Shown: positions 31,436 to 40,495 of the stretch, one piece after another
How positions within the stretch are numbered: the stretch's first letter is position 1
Layout of the letters: each line of letters opens with the position of its first letter
Assembly (NCBI GenBank): GCA_965214935.1
Contig: CBDCCS010000010.1
Coordinates: forward strand, 224,001-288,000
Direction of reading: 5' to 3'
DNA: 64,000 nucleotides
From: Candidatus Velthaea sp.
Lineage (GTDB): Bacteria; Vulcanimicrobiota; Vulcanimicrobiia; Vulcanimicrobiales; Vulcanimicrobiaceae
Translations under genes and position numbers: made by a program
The notes under the pieces: generated by a model
Told to the model about the DNA's origin: nothing
Database searches by the model: none
Seen by the model: only the letters and a program-made list of their open reading frames with translations

Positions 31436-32424
31436 ACGGCAACCGGCGCGGCTTGATCGCCATCGCCGTCGCGGCGGTCGTGCTCGTTGCATTTCCGTTC
31501 GTCGCGACACCGTTCTTAACGGTGCAGATCGGGTTTCAGTCGTTATTTCTCGCAACGACGGCGCTGAGCCTTATTTTTCTCGCGCAATACGGCGGGATGG
31601 TGTCGTTGGCGCAGTTTGCGTTTTACGGCGTGAGCGGTTACACGCTCGCAGTGTTGACCGTCAGCTACGGTTGGCCGTGGTATGCCGGCGTCGCCGGCGG
31701 GCTCGCGCTCAGCACGCTCGTTGCGTTTCTGTTCGCATTCGTATCGATTCGCACGCAGGGCATTTACTTCTTGATGATCACGCTGGCGATGGCGATGCTG
31801 CTGTATTTCTACGCCGAACAAGACCGCGTTTTCACGAACGGCCACACGGGGATTAACGGTGTCGTTCCGCCGTTCGGACCGATCACCGCGCACCCCGTCG
31901 GCTACTATTTTCTCGCGTTGACAATCGCGGCGGCGGCCTACGGCGGACTGCGGTACTTAGTTCGCACGCCGTTTGGTCTCGCGCTGCAAGGCATTCGCGA
32001 CGATCCGCAGCGAATGCGCTCGCTCGGCTATTTTGTCGAGGCGCATCGAATCGCAGCGTTCGCACTCGCCGGACTCGTTGCCGGTATCGGCGGCGTGCTC
32101 GGCGTCTGGTACAACGGCGCCATTTCACCCGGTACGATCGATCTGACACGTACGATCAATCTGCTCGTTATTGCAGTCGTCGGAGGTTTAGCTTATTTCG
32201 AGGGTGCCTTCGTCGGCGCCGTCTTCTTTACGCTCATCACGAATTTTGCCAGTTCGTTTACCAATCGGTTCAACACCGTTATCGGACTCGCGTTTCTGCT
32301 CATTGCACTTTTCTCACCGCAGGGCATACTCGGGCTCGCGCTGCGCGGCGGACAACGCCGACGCGAGTCCGCCGCCGCACCTGCCGCCGGCATTACGCCC
32401 GATATCTCGGCGGCACCGCAATAA
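31432..32424 (+). CDS. LivM-like ABC permease
   Basis: GIYFLMITLA, PFGLALQGIRDD, PQGILG. Confidence 0.92.
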   Translation: MNGNRRGLIAIAVAAVVLVAFPFVATPFLTVQIGFQSLFLATTALSLIFLAQYGGMVSLAQFAFYGVSGYTLAVLTVSYGWPWYAGVAGGLALSTLVAFLFAFVSIRTQGIYFLMITLAMAMLLYFYAEQDRVFTNGHTGINGVVPPFGPITAHPVGYYFLALTIAAAAYGGLRYLVRTPFGLALQGIRDDPQRMRSLGYFVEAHRIAAFALAGLVAGIGGVLGVWYNGAISPGTIDLTRTINLLVIAVVGGLAYFEGAFVGAVFFTLITNFASSFTNRFNTVIGLAFLLIALFSPQGILGLALRGGQRRRESAAAPAAGITPDISAAPQ

Positions 32425-32459
32425 TTCACATCGTCGTACGTTAAGGAGGACACACGGAT

Positions 32460-33731
32460 ATGCTGTTTCGGACGCGGATGTTATCGACTGCCGCGCTACT
32501 CGCAATGCTCGGCACGACGCTGGGGCCGAGCACGGGGGCGTCGGCTGCCGCCGATTCGTCGGGATCGATCAAGATGGGCTTGCTGGCAACCTTGACCGGG
32601 CCGTTCGCACAACTTGGCGCTGACGGGATGCGCGGTGCCATGACCGCCGTCGATGAGTTCAACGGTCAGGCCGGCGGCAGAAAAATCGACGTCGTCAAAG
32701 AGAGTTCGGATGCGACGCCCAACGTTGCACGCGATGCCGCGCGCAAATTGATCGAGCAGGACGGCGTCGACTTCATGGTCGGTCCGCTCTCCGGCGACGA
32801 AGGCATCGCCGTGCGCGACTACGCCAAGTCGGTGCCGGCAAAAACATTTCTCAACGGCTCGTCCGGCGCCGAAGATACGACGCTGTTCGATCCGGCAGCG
32901 AATTTCTTCCGCTGGAACACCGACGGCGTTCAGTGGATGGCGGGTTTAGGGACGTACGCGCATCGCGACCGGCATTACAATCGCGTCGTGACCCTCGGTG
33001 AAGACTACTCGTTTCCCTACAGCCAAGTCGGCGGGTTCACCACCGAGTTCTGCAAGGTCGGCGGCCATGTGCTCAGCCATTTGTGGGTACCGCTCGGCAC
33101 CAAAGATTTCAGTTCGGTCATCTCCTCGATTCCGCAAAACGTCGACGCCGTGTATGTCGCGTTAGGCGGTTCGGATAGCTTGAACTTCCTCAAACAGTAC
33201 GTGCAATTCGGGGGTAAAGCCGCGCTCATCGGCGGTTCGATCACGATCGATCAATCGGTGCTGAGCACTAAGGGAAATCTGTACGAACACGTTTTAGGTG
33301 TATCGGGTGCCGGACCCATTGCCGACGACGATCCGTCGCCGGCTTGGAAAGCGTTTGTCGACGAATACAAAAAACAGCCCGGCGCGCTACCGTCGCCGTC
33401 GCTTTTTGCGCACTCGTATTACCTCAATACCAAAGCCGCGCTGCTCGCCCTCAACAAAGTTCACGGCGACTTAAGCAACAATCAAATGGCCTTTAAATCG
33501 GCGTTGGCAAAGTTGCAGTGGAACAGCCCGACGGGGCCCGTTCATCTCGATTCAAAACGCCAGGCGATCGGTGATATCTATCTGACGGTCGTTGCAAAAC
33601 GTGCCGACGGCGTCCTGGTCAACAAGCTCGTACGCGTCACGCATCAAGTCGATGAGACGCTGGGCATTCCGATGGACACGTACATGAAACGCGGAAAACT
33701 CGGCCGTAATACACCGCCGGCTTGTCCGTAA
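32460..33731 (+). CDS. LivJ/K-like ABC substrate-binding protein
   Basis: AAGGAGG SD; signal peptide; IKMGLLATLTGPFAQLG, VGPLSG. Confidence 0.9.
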   Translation: MLFRTRMLSTAALLAMLGTTLGPSTGASAAADSSGSIKMGLLATLTGPFAQLGADGMRGAMTAVDEFNGQAGGRKIDVVKESSDATPNVARDAARKLIEQDGVDFMVGPLSGDEGIAVRDYAKSVPAKTFLNGSSGAEDTTLFDPAANFFRWNTDGVQWMAGLGTYAHRDRHYNRVVTLGEDYSFPYSQVGGFTTEFCKVGGHVLSHLWVPLGTKDFSSVISSIPQNVDAVYVALGGSDSLNFLKQYVQFGGKAALIGGSITIDQSVLSTKGNLYEHVLGVSGAGPIADDDPSPAWKAFVDEYKKQPGALPSPSLFAHSYYLNTKAALLALNKVHGDLSNNQMAFKSALAKLQWNSPTGPVHLDSKRQAIGDIYLTVVAKRADGVLVNKLVRVTHQVDETLGIPMDTYMKRGKLGRNTPPACP

Positions 33732-34480
33732 TGAGCGCAGCGGCGCTCGCCTTACGCGACGTCGGGCGGCGCTTCGGCGGCGTTCGTGCGGTGCAGTCGA
33801 TTAGTTTCGATGTCGCGCCGGGCGAACGCCGGGCGGTACTAGGCCCCAACGGCGCCGGTAAAACGACGCTCTTCAACGTGATTGCCGGCGACTTGCGCCC
33901 AACCTCGGGCACGGTCACCTTTCACGGTGAAGAGATCACGCACGTGCCGCCGCATCGCCGCGCGCGGCGCGGTTTGAGCCGGACGTATCAGGCCGCGCAT
34001 TGTTTTGGCGGACTAAGCGTGCGCGACAATCTCTTTCTCGCCGCCGGCGGCACGCGGCCCGGACGTATGAGTTTCCGCCGGCCGCCGGCGGCCAGCGAAC
34101 AACTTGCACATGCGCAAACATTAGCGTCGGACGTCGGGCTCATGCATGCCGTCGATACACCCGTTGCGACGCTGTCGCACGGCGAACAGCGACAACTCGA
34201 ACTTGGAATGGCGCTTGCCGGGCGACCTCAGCTGCTGATGCTCGACGAACCCGCCGCGGGGCTTTCGCCCGGCGAGCGGTCACGCTTGACCGAGCTGCTG
34301 TTGGCACTCGATCCCGCCATGACAATCCTGATCATCGAGCACGATATGGACATCGCATTACGCATCGCCGACATCGTCACGGTCATGCACGACGGCATGA
34401 TGCTGGTAACCGGAACGCCCGATGAGATCCGCAGCAGCACCGTCGTGCACGACCTCTATTTGGGTTCTGCCGTTGTCTGA
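33731..34480 (+). CDS. LivG-like ABC ATPase
   Basis: GPNGAGKTT, LSHGEQR, LDEPAAG, IEHDM. Confidence 0.93.
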   Translation: MSAAALALRDVGRRFGGVRAVQSISFDVAPGERRAVLGPNGAGKTTLFNVIAGDLRPTSGTVTFHGEEITHVPPHRRARRGLSRTYQAAHCFGGLSVRDNLFLAAGGTRPGRMSFRRPPAASEQLAHAQTLASDVGLMHAVDTPVATLSHGEQRQLELGMALAGRPQLLMLDEPAAGLSPGERSRLTELLLALDPAMTILIIEHDMDIALRIADIVTVMHDGMMLVTGTPDEIRSSTVVHDLYLGSAVV

Positions 34481-35216
34481 CGCTGGCGCTGGACTTGAGA
34501 TTGCCGACGTACACGTCGCGTACGGCCGGGCCCAAGTGCTGCAAGGCGTTTCGCTCCGTGTCGGAGCGGCGCCGGTCGCACTTCTCGGCCGCAATGGAAT
34601 GGGGAAAACAACGCTGTGCCAAGCGCTGCTCGGTCTCGTTCCGCTCGCGTCCGGTGAAATTCGATTCGGCGGCGTCTCGCTTCGGGGCCTCAAGCCGCAC
34701 GAAATTGCGAAGCTCGGCATCGGCTACGTTCCGCAAGGGCGGCGCATTTTTCCGTCGCTGAGCGTCGACGAACATTTGCGCTTGATGGAACAGAAGCGGC
34801 CGCCGGCGGGCGGCTGGACCGCAGCGCGCGTTTACGAAACGTTTCCCCGCTTAGCCGAACGTAAGCGAAACGGTGCCGCGGCGCTTTCGGGCGGCGAACA
34901 GCAAATGCTCGCGATCGGACGCGCGCTGCTGCTCAATCCGCGCTTGCTCGTGATGGACGAACCTTCCGAAGGTTTAGCACCCGTCATCGTTGCGCACGTC
35001 ATCGAAACGCTGCACCGTTTGTCGGCCGAAGGCATCGGGTTGTTGATCGTCGAGCAGAAACTCGCGGTCGCGACCGCTGCAGCGAAGCATTTGGCGGTGA
35101 TGCTGACCGGACGCATCGTGCTCGAAACGAGTGCCGACGACTTACTTGCCGACGAAGCCGCTCAACGCCGCTATCTCGGTGTCGGCGGTTTAGCGAATGC
35201 CGAGCCGGCCCATTGA
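34473..35216 (+). CDS. LivF-like ABC ATPase
   Basis: GRNGMGKTT, LSGGEQQML, DEPSEGLAP. Confidence 0.93.
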   Translation: MSDAGAGLEIADVHVAYGRAQVLQGVSLRVGAAPVALLGRNGMGKTTLCQALLGLVPLASGEIRFGGVSLRGLKPHEIAKLGIGYVPQGRRIFPSLSVDEHLRLMEQKRPPAGGWTAARVYETFPRLAERKRNGAAALSGGEQQMLAIGRALLLNPRLLVMDEPSEGLAPVIVAHVIETLHRLSAEGIGLLIVEQKLAVATAAAKHLAVMLTGRIVLETSADDLLADEAAQRRYLGVGGLANAEPAH

Positions 35217-35243
35217 CGCGTCCGGCTCGGCGTTACGGGCCGC

Positions 35244-36290
35244 TTACACGTTTGATATCTCGAGCATGACTTTGATGGTCGAGCGGTCGTCCATCGCACG
35301 GTAGCCTCGGGGTGCATCATCGAGCCCTAAGCGCAGCGTCAGGACGGCGCCCGGATCGATCGTACCGGCGACGACATCGGCCATGAGTTCATCGATGTAC
35401 GCGCGCGTCGGCGCAAGCGCACCGGCGATACTGACGTTGCTGACGAACAACTTGCGCGCGTCGAATGTTGATACACCGTACGGTACGCCGACGTACGAAA
35501 CGGTCGCACCGGGTCGTGCAATAGCGACGGCCATGTCCATCGTTGCTTGCGAACCGACCGCTTCGACGACGCACGAGACGCCGCCGTCGGTCGCATCGAG
35601 GATCTTCTGCACGGCGTCGGGATCTTTGGAATCGACGATGTCGGTCGCACCGAAGCGGCGGGCAAGTTCGAGCCGCCCGGCATGGTGGCCGATCGCATAG
35701 ATGCGTGCGGCGTTCGAGCGCTTTGCCGAAATAACGGCGCACAGGCCGACGGCGCCGTCACCAATGATCGCGACGCTGCTGCCCGCCGTCACGCCGGCCC
35801 GCACGCAACCGTGGTGACCCGTCGACATGACGTCGGTCAACGTCAGCGCGGACGCGCGTTTATTTGCATCGTGCGCAACCGCGTCGGGAATCGGCCGCAG
35901 CGTTCCGTCGGCGAACGGAACCCGCACGAACTCGCCTTGACCGCCGTCCTCGTCGAGACCGCCCCAGAAGCCGCCGTGACGGCACGACGTGTAAATGCCC
36001 GCATGGCAATAGTCGCAAGCATTGTCGCTGTAGCTAAACGGCGCCGCAACGACCGCTCCGCGTTGAAACTCACGGACGCCGCTGCCGGCTTCTTCGATCA
36101 CACCGATGAACTCGTGACCGATGCGCGAACCGGCTTTCCAATCCGCAATGCCGCGGTACGGCCACAGATCCGACCCGCAAATCGCGGCGTTGACGACCCG
36201 CACGATTGCATCCGTGGCATCTTTGATCTTCGGATCCGCCACGCTCTCGACACGAATATCGCGCGGTCCATGATATACAGCTGCTTTCAT
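35244..36290 (-). CDS. Zinc-dependent alcohol dehydrogenase family protein
   Basis: ICGSD, GHE, GDGAVG; first structural-zinc ligand is Asp (SDNACDYC...SC). Confidence 0.92.
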   Translation of the reverse strand: MKAAVYHGPRDIRVESVADPKIKDATDAIVRVVNAAICGSDLWPYRGIADWKAGSRIGHEFIGVIEEAGSGVREFQRGAVVAAPFSYSDNACDYCHAGIYTSCRHGGFWGGLDEDGGQGEFVRVPFADGTLRPIPDAVAHDANKRASALTLTDVMSTGHHGCVRAGVTAGSSVAIIGDGAVGLCAVISAKRSNAARIYAIGHHAGRLELARRFGATDIVDSKDPDAVQKILDATDGGVSCVVEAVGSQATMDMAVAIARPGATVSYVGVPYGVSTFDARKLFVSNVSIAGALAPTRAYIDELMADVVAGTIDPGAVLTLRLGLDDAPRGYRAMDDRSTIKVMLEISNV

Positions 36291-36332
36291 AGTGCCTCGA
36301 ACTCCGCACGATCGAGTGCGGTTGCTGCCGGT

Positions 36333-37967
36333 TTAGATCTTGTATTCCCAGGTGTTCCAAAATCCGGTGACGGCGTGCGCCGGACGGAAGCCGTGCAAGT
36401 CGACGCTCGCGACGTTGAAAAAACGATCGAACCAGAGCGTGATAAACGGTGAATCGGCAACGACGAGTTGCTGAACATGCGCGTAGGCTGCCTTGCGTAC
36501 GCCGACATCGTACGAACTCAACGCAACGCGTTCGTAGCGATCGATCGCCGGATCGCAGAACCGGTAATAATTCTGCGCGACCGGTGCACGCGCGCCGCAT
36601 GTCACGATCATCGAATCGTCCGGATCGACACCATTGAGCCAACTCGTCAACGCCAAATCCATCTTGCCGCCTTGCACGATTCCGCCCGCACCGGCGGTCG
36701 CGTACATCAAACTCGACGCGTATGTTTTGACGATAAGATCGACGCCGGCCGCGCGCCATTGCGATTGCAGTAGAACGCCGACGCGTGAATCGGTAGCGCG
36801 GCTGGCCAACGTTGCAAGCGCTAACGTCAGTCGCTTGCCGTTCTTTACGCGAATTCCGTCGACACCGCGTTTCCAGCCGGCTGCGTCGAAGATCTTGTTT
36901 GCGCGTGCGAGATCGAATGGACGTCCGCGGATGTCCGGATCGTTCGCCCACGATCCGGTCGGCTGATCGCCTTCACCCAGCGTATTGACGCCGAACGACG
37001 TTGCCGTAACGATCTGCGCGCGATTCGTCGCATAGACCAGTGCTTGGCGCACGCGAACATCGTTGAGCGGAGCGTGCGCAGTGTTGAACCCGACTTGGCT
37101 GAACCACACGAACGGCGTGAGGAACACGTGCGTATCGGCAATATCTTTAGCGCTCGGGTATAGCGCCGAATCGGCATTATACCAGAGGTCGATCTCGTGC
37201 GTTTGCAATTGCGTGACGATGGTTTGTTCGTCGGCGATCGCCGAGTAATCGACTTCTTTGAGCTGCGGCGGCCCACGCCAGTAATCGGCGTTGGCGACCA
37301 TGCGGATCTTCTCGCCGCGGTGCCAGGTCAACACCTTGAACGGTCCGGTGCCGACCGGTGCGCTGTTGAACGGCACGCGATTGAGATCCGGTTCGCGCGC
37401 GAGCAAGTGCTTGGGATAGACGGGGATCGGGATCTCGCCTTGAGTGAGAAACGTGTCGATGAACGGCGCGTACGGCCGGTCGAGATGCACGACGATCGTC
37501 GCGGCGTCGCGCTTATCAATCCGCGTGATGCGCTCGTACACGGTGCGATCGCCGACGTTGTTGCGCGGATTCATGATTGCACGCCAGGTGAAGATTACGT
37601 CGTCGGCACTGAACGGCGCGCCGTCGTGCCAGCGCACGCCGCGCCGTAAATGATAGGTGATCGCGCGGCCGTCATGTGAAATTCCGCCGTTCGCAAGGGT
37701 CGGCTCGACCATCGCGAGTTCCGGCAACAACCGGTTATGGTCGTCATAGTTAAAGAGAAAGCCGCCCCAAAACATCGCCAGATCGAAATCGATTTGAAAA
37801 TTCCCGACCATCGGACTGAGCGTGTCGGGATCGGACACGCTCGCAATGCGCAACACGCCCGGACGCGTCCAAGCATGCCGCGCGCCGTACGCCGGAGCGT
37901 CGCCGACCCGCGTGCACCCGGTCATAACGACGAGCGCGATCAACGCAGCTGCGAGTGTGCGCTGCAC
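36333..37967 (-). CDS. Family 5 (peptide-type) ABC substrate-binding lipoprotein
   Basis: Lipobox MTGC; LRRGVRWHDGAPFSADDV, GTGPF. Confidence 0.92.
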   Translation of the reverse strand: MQRTLAAALIALVVMTGCTRVGDAPAYGARHAWTRPGVLRIASVSDPDTLSPMVGNFQIDFDLAMFWGGFLFNYDDHNRLLPELAMVEPTLANGGISHDGRAITYHLRRGVRWHDGAPFSADDVIFTWRAIMNPRNNVGDRTVYERITRIDKRDAATIVVHLDRPYAPFIDTFLTQGEIPIPVYPKHLLAREPDLNRVPFNSAPVGTGPFKVLTWHRGEKIRMVANADYWRGPPQLKEVDYSAIADEQTIVTQLQTHEIDLWYNADSALYPSAKDIADTHVFLTPFVWFSQVGFNTAHAPLNDVRVRQALVYATNRAQIVTATSFGVNTLGEGDQPTGSWANDPDIRGRPFDLARANKIFDAAGWKRGVDGIRVKNGKRLTLALATLASRATDSRVGVLLQSQWRAAGVDLIVKTYASSLMYATAGAGGIVQGGKMDLALTSWLNGVDPDDSMIVTCGARAPVAQNYYRFCDPAIDRYERVALSSYDVGVRKAAYAHVQQLVVADSPFITLWFDRFFNVASVDLHGFRPAHAVTGFWNTWEYKI

Positions 37968-37972
37968 GCAGG

Positions 37973-39172
37973 TCAGCGCGCTGACGATGCGAGTGAGGCA
38001 AAGGTCGCGCCGATGCGCTCGATGCCGAGCGTTAAGTTTTCGATGCTCGTTGCAAATGAGATCCGGAAATGATGCTCGCCGCTCGGGCCGTATTCAAGGC
38101 CCGACCGCACCGCAACGCCCGCTGCATGCAGACGCTGCGCGATTTCCGTCGATGCGACCGGTGCTGCGTACCGCGCGAAAATATAGAATCCGCCCTCGGG
38201 TGCATGCACCGTCATTCCACCGATCGCGCGCAGTTGCTCGACGGCAAAGCGGCGCCGCGCGGCAAACGCGCCCAGCCATGCGTCGGCATGCGGTAAACCG
38301 CCGGCGATCGCCATCAACGCCGCGCGTTGTACGAAGGCGTTGTTCGTGCCGTTAAAGGCACGATGGATGACGCCCGCAGCTCGAACGATGTCGCGCGGAC
38401 CGGCCAAATATCCGATGCGCCAACCCGTCATCGCATACGCCTTCGAGAAGGTTTGTGCGCAGACAAGCCGGTCGCGCAGTTCAGGTTGCTGCAACCCCGA
38501 TGTAAACGTCGCGCCGTCGTAAACGATCGAATAGTACGCTTCATCGGTGAGCACCAGCGTCGGCGTGCCGGCGAGGAGCCGGCTTAGCTGCTCCCACTCG
38601 CTCGCGCGATACACCGCCCCCGTCGGATTCCCGGGACTGCAAAGGATCAGCAGCCGAGCACCGGGCAGCGCTGCGGCAAGCCGCTCGAAGTTGAGATGAA
38701 AATCCGGTTCGAGTGCCACGAAAACCGGCACGCCGCCGGCCATGTGCACGAGGTCGGCGTAGAGCGAATACGACGGCTCGGGGATGACGACACGGTCGCC
38801 CGGATCCACGATCGCAACGATTGCCGCGGCTAAACCGGCGCTCGAACCATGCGTAATGAGGATCTGTTCGCGGGTAAAAGTCGCGCCGGCCGTCGTGCTG
38901 ACGAGGCCCGCCACCGCTTCACGCAATTCAGTCGCGCCGACCGGATCCGTATAGCGTGTATAACCGGTACGCAGCGCAGTGACCGCCGCTTCGACGATCT
39001 CGGGCGGAGTATCGAAGTCCGGTTCACCCATCGCCAGCGACACGACGCTCGGATCGCTCGCCAGCGAAGGCCGCAATGATGACGCTAGTATTCGCTTCAC
39101 GGCACGGGAACTGGAAAACGGCACTTGTCCAAGTTTCGGAGCAACGCTCGCGTTTTGAGTTCCGCTCGTCAT
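37973..39172 (-). CDS. Class I/II PLP-dependent aminotransferase
   Basis: GEPDF, PGNPTG, DEAY, FSKAYAMTGWRIG. Confidence 0.94.
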   Translation of the reverse strand: MTSGTQNASVAPKLGQVPFSSSRAVKRILASSLRPSLASDPSVVSLAMGEPDFDTPPEIVEAAVTALRTGYTRYTDPVGATELREAVAGLVSTTAGATFTREQILITHGSSAGLAAAIVAIVDPGDRVVIPEPSYSLYADLVHMAGGVPVFVALEPDFHLNFERLAAALPGARLLILCSPGNPTGAVYRASEWEQLSRLLAGTPTLVLTDEAYYSIVYDGATFTSGLQQPELRDRLVCAQTFSKAYAMTGWRIGYLAGPRDIVRAAGVIHRAFNGTNNAFVQRAALMAIAGGLPHADAWLGAFAARRRFAVEQLRAIGGMTVHAPEGGFYIFARYAAPVASTEIAQRLHAAGVAVRSGLEYGPSGEHHFRISFATSIENLTLGIERIGATFASLASSAR

Positions 39173-39280
39173 TGAATGGTCGTCTTCTTCCCTGTGCGCT
39201 TGAACGGCTGTCCGCCTGACGCCGAAGGTTCGAGGCAAACGCCGCCCGTCATGCGCATTGCACGCGGGGCGCCGGCGCGA

Positions 39281-40495
39281 TCAGGGCGCATTGCCGGTCG
39301 TCGCCGCCGACGTCGTGACATCGGCTTGTCCTGCGGCACCGGCGATCGCCGGTGCGACGACGCCGGTCGAAGCCGGAAAGGCCGATTCACTCAACGGATA
39401 ATCGACGGCAAATCCGTAGGCTTTGTAGCCGTCGCCGGAGGTCGCTGCACCCAAAGCCGCCATGTTTTCGGCGCTCGTGCACAGCGTATGCGGTTGGGCT
39501 GCACCCGGCACGGCTGCTCCGATCGTGTCCGGCACCACGACACTCGCCTGGCCGGGCGTTACTTTGAAGGTGTAATAGTACGGCGCTTTGCCGGACGTCG
39601 AACACGCTGCCGGCCCTGTGTTGACAAGTTCGACATACTCTTCGGTCACGCCGCCGCCGCTAGCGAACCCGGGCACGATGGTGCCGCCGCCGGTGCCGTC
39701 GGGCGTGAAGACCGGCGGGGTCGTCCACGCCGGCAAAAACGTCAGCGCCAGCGTCGTGGCCGCACGTACCGTCGTGGAACCGGATTGGCCGCTGGTATTT
39801 ATACCGGTGGGCACGACAACGGCAAGAGCGTACGGCCCGGCAACCGGCGCAACGTCGAAGTCATTGAAGCCCAGCGTGTAACCCGGATACGACCCGGGGC
39901 CGGTGTTCGGCGCGGCATTGAACGTACCGTCCTGCGTCGAGGTGTGGCCCGGCGGCGAAAATGCCGGCGGACCACCGATGTATTCAAGTTGCGCGGCGCC
40001 CGTTGCGGTCGCAAAGTACGGCATCGGTGCGGGAATGAGATTTGGTACCGAATTTGAGTTCGTACTTGCCGACGGCAAAAAGCCGTACGCCGATGCAATC
40101 GACGGCGCGGCGCCGGTTTGGTTGAACGTCGACGCGGGTGGCGGACTGTTGAGACTCGTTTCTATCGTTCCGCTCAACGTAGCTTTGCCTGCGTCTGCGC
40201 CGGCATCGGCCGTTGCCGGAACGATGAAGCCGGGCGGCCCGCTAATCGTGGGCGCATTGAGCAAAACGCTGGCACCGGTGCTTGCGCCGACGCTCTGTCG
40301 AAAGGTCTCGAGCGCGTTAAAGCCATGCGTACCGGCAATGTTCGCGGTGCCGACGGCAAACGTCAGCGTCGTTTGCGTTGCCGGATTGACCGGCGTCGCG
40401 ATTGAGGGTTCGAGGCTTTGCTGCGTCGCGGAACCCGAACATGACGCCAGCAACGCCGTCGCGGTCAGTGCAGCGCTACGCAATCTAAAGCGCAT
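39281..40495 (-). CDS. Hypothetical Thr/Gly/Pro-rich lipoprotein
   Basis: Lipobox LASC; start overlaps the TBDR 3' end. Confidence 0.8.
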   Translation of the reverse strand: MRFRLRSAALTATALLASCSGSATQQSLEPSIATPVNPATQTTLTFAVGTANIAGTHGFNALETFRQSVGASTGASVLLNAPTISGPPGFIVPATADAGADAGKATLSGTIETSLNSPPPASTFNQTGAAPSIASAYGFLPSASTNSNSVPNLIPAPMPYFATATGAAQLEYIGGPPAFSPPGHTSTQDGTFNAAPNTGPGSYPGYTLGFNDFDVAPVAGPYALAVVVPTGINTSGQSGSTTVRAATTLALTFLPAWTTPPVFTPDGTGGGTIVPGFASGGGVTEEYVELVNTGPAACSTSGKAPYYYTFKVTPGQASVVVPDTIGAAVPGAAQPHTLCTSAENMAALGAATSGDGYKAYGFAVDYPLSESAFPASTGVVAPAIAGAAGQADVTTSAATTGNAP

